DNA of 64,000 nt from Alphaproteobacteria bacterium. GTDB taxonomy: Bacteria; Pseudomonadota; Alphaproteobacteria; Rhizobiales; Xanthobacteraceae. The DNA lies in contig JAXDOR010000246.1 of assembly GCA_034668825.1 (NCBI GenBank), positions 477-64,476 of the forward strand. Reading direction: 5' to 3'. The notes below the pieces were generated by a model. That model made no database searches. It saw only the letters and a program-made list of their open reading frames with translations, and was not told the origin of the DNA. Made by a program: the position numbers and the translations under genes. Numbering within the stretch: position 1 is the first letter of the stretch; each line of letters begins with the position of its first letter. Positions 62,304-64,000 of the stretch are shown in pieces.

Positions 62304-64000
62304 ATGCCGGACGTGATCCGGGCGACGAGCGGGAGTCTCCGTGCTCAGCCGCTGCGAGGTGGATTCCTCGCGGCTATCCCCATAATCGTCGGCTGGGCCG
62401 CGCCCGCCCGCGCTGACGAGTTCGCCGCTTCTTCAGCGCTCGATCTCTACATCGCCGCCTTCGCCAGTCTGGACCGCCATGAGATTGCGGCGCTCGCGTT
62501 GACCCTGGGAGTTTTGCTTTTCGCGGTGGTAACCGCGGTCATTCTCGTGCGCACCCGGGCTCGCGCAACACAGGCCGATATGTCAGCCCGCGACGAAATC
62601 CTGGAGTTGAAGGCCGAGGTCGACCGCATCAACGTGCTGCTGCTGTCGGAACCGCAAATCATCGTGGCCTGGGCGGCGGCCGACGATGTGCCGGAGATCA
62701 TCGGCGACACCACCGTGCTGACCCCGGCTTCCGCGCCGCATCGTGTGCTTGCTTTCGGCACCTGGCTTGAACCGGAGCAGGCCCGCTCTATGGAGCAAGC
62801 CGTCGAAGCGTTGCGCGCGCGCGGCGAAAGCTTCACGACGTCGTTGACGACACTGTCGGGGCACCCGATTGAAGCCGAAGGCCGTGCCATCGGCGGCCGC
62901 GCCGTGCTTCGGCTCAAGGATGTTGACGGCATTAAACGCGATCTCGCCGAGCTGTCGGCGCAGCATCGAAGGCTGATTGGCGAGGTGGAATCGCTCCGAA
63001 CGCTGATCGAGGCTTTGCCCTCGCCGATCTGGGTCCGAGACGAGGCGGGACAACTCAGCTTCGTCAACAGCGCCTATGCGCGGGCGGTGGAGGCTCGGAA
63101 CCCGGTCGACGCCGTTGAGCGCGGGATCGAGCTACTGAATCAGGTTACGCGCGAGGAACTGAGCCGGTCCTGCGCCGCCAATGAATGTTATACCGGGCGG
63201 GTCCGCGCCGTTGTTGCCGGTTCAAGGCGCGTCTTCGACGTTCGTAACGTGCCGACTGCGCATGGTAGCGCCGGCATCGGCATCGACGCCACCGAAGTGG
63301 AATCCATGCGGGCGGAACTCGCGCGTATGGGCGAGGCTCACCGCCGCACGCTCGACCGGCTAGCGACCGGCGTAGCCGTCTTCGGCGCCAACCAGAAACT
63401 CAATTTCTACAATGTTGCTTACCGCTCGTTATGGAATCTCGACGCCAGCTTCCTCGATCAAGAGCCGAGCGATTCCGCGGTGCTCGACCGGCTTCGCGCC
63501 GCGCGCAAACTGCCGGAGCAACAAGATTTCCGTGTGTGGAAAAACGAGCTACATGAAGCCTACCGCGCCACTGAGGCGCGGGAATATATGTGGCACCTGC
63601 CGGATGGGCGCACGCTCCGCGTCGTCACCACGCTCAACCCCGAAGGCGGCGTGACCTACCTGTTTGATGACGTGACGGAACGGCTCGATCTTGAACGCCG
63701 TTTCGACGCCCTGATCCGCGTGCAAGGAGAGACCCTCGACAATTTGACCGAGGCAGTCGCTGTGTTCGCGAGCGATGGCCGCGTGCGGCTGCATAATCCG
63801 GCATTTGCGCGCATGTGGAAATTGTCGCCGCAGGCGCTTGCCGAGCGGCCGCATATCGAGGCGGTGACGGCTTGGTGCCAGCCGCTGCATGGTGACGACA
63901 CAACATGGCAGGCGTTGCGCGGCGCCATCACCGCCATCGACAACCGGGAACCGGCAAACTACCGGCTGGAACGCCGCGACGGCAGCGTGATCGATTGCGC
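62304..64000 (+). CDS. Membrane-anchored multi-PAS sensor histidine kinase, N-terminal part only (runs off the right edge)
   Basis: The frame is open from a stop at 62250-62252 to the window end, so it is not in the ORF track. First ATG at 62304. TM helix IAALALTLGVLLFAVVTAVILV, a coiled-coil segment, then repeated PAS-like blocks (LIEALPSPIWVRDEAGQLSFVNSAYA...; LATGVAVFGANQKLNFYNVAYRSLW...; LTEAVAVFASDGRVRLHNPAFARMW...). The kinase core is not visible in the window. Confidence 0.7.
   Translation, partial: MPDVIRATSGSLRAQPLRGGFLAAIPIIVGWAAPARADEFAASSALDLYIAAFASLDRHEIAALALTLGVLLFAVVTAVILVRTRARATQADMSARDEILELKAEVDRINVLLLSEPQIIVAWAAADDVPEIIGDTTVLTPASAPHRVLAFGTWLEPEQARSMEQAVEALRARGESFTTSLTTLSGHPIEAEGRAIGGRAVLRLKDVDGIKRDLAELSAQHRRLIGEVESLRTLIEALPSPIWVRDEAGQLSFVNSAYARAVEARNPVDAVERGIELLNQVTREELSRSCAANECYTGRVRAVVAGSRRVFDVRNVPTAHGSAGIGIDATEVESMRAELARMGEAHRRTLDRLATGVAVFGANQKLNFYNVAYRSLWNLDASFLDQEPSDSAVLDRLRAARKLPEQQDFRVWKNELHEAYRATEAREYMWHLPDGRTLRVVTTLNPEGGVTYLFDDVTERLDLERRFDALIRVQGETLDNLTEAVAVFASDGRVRLHNPAFARMWKLSPQALAERPHIEAVTAWCQPLHGDDTTWQALRGAITAIDNREPANYRLERRDGSVIDC

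Overview
This window looks like core chromosome from a high-GC alphaproteobacterium. Gene order and the intergenic repeat families resemble Bradyrhizobiaceae/Nitrobacteraceae, but that taxon is an inference.

About 60 genes are mostly housekeeping, in conserved blocks:
- rplU-rpmA, gyrB and trpS.
- nfu-tsaB-rimI-fur-plsC-like-miaB-phoH-ybeY-corC-lnt.
- XRE regulator, metK and trmB.
- rimP-nusA-ylxR-like-infB-rbfA-truB-rpsO-pnp.
- fabI-fabB-fabA divergent from irr.
- mutM, ubiE-ubiB-coaBC-dut and cysK.
- One tRNA-Ser(CGA).

I found no CRISPR array, transposase, integrase, prophage or recognisable defence/toxin module, and no convincing novel multi-gene system.

The items most worth a second look:
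1. A very large exported repeat-protein gene (1-3804, minus strand) is missing from the ORF track because it runs off the window edge.
2. An apparent ~0.6-0.7 kb deletion or mis-join fuses a 3'-truncated ubiB to a 5'-truncated coaBC near 59650.
3. A 126-130 bp element with 18-bp terminal inverted repeats occurs twice in opposite orientation (14.5 kb and 55.6 kb). Its four internal hairpins show compensatory changes between the copies.
4. A secreted-protein gene is frameshifted at an A6 run.
5. A near-consensus CRP-type site lies upstream of an unannotated 41-codon ORF, next to a Crp-family regulator whose recognition helix carries the CRP-type RE..R motif.
6. A terminator-like hairpin sits in the rimP-nusA-infB leader.
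7. A nested AT-rich palindrome lies at 19019-19052.

Many long ORFs in the track are antisense or out-of-frame shadow ORFs typical of high-GC DNA. Several real genes also have ORF-track starts inflated by upstream repeat units. All product calls rest on my reading of the translations, not on database searches.
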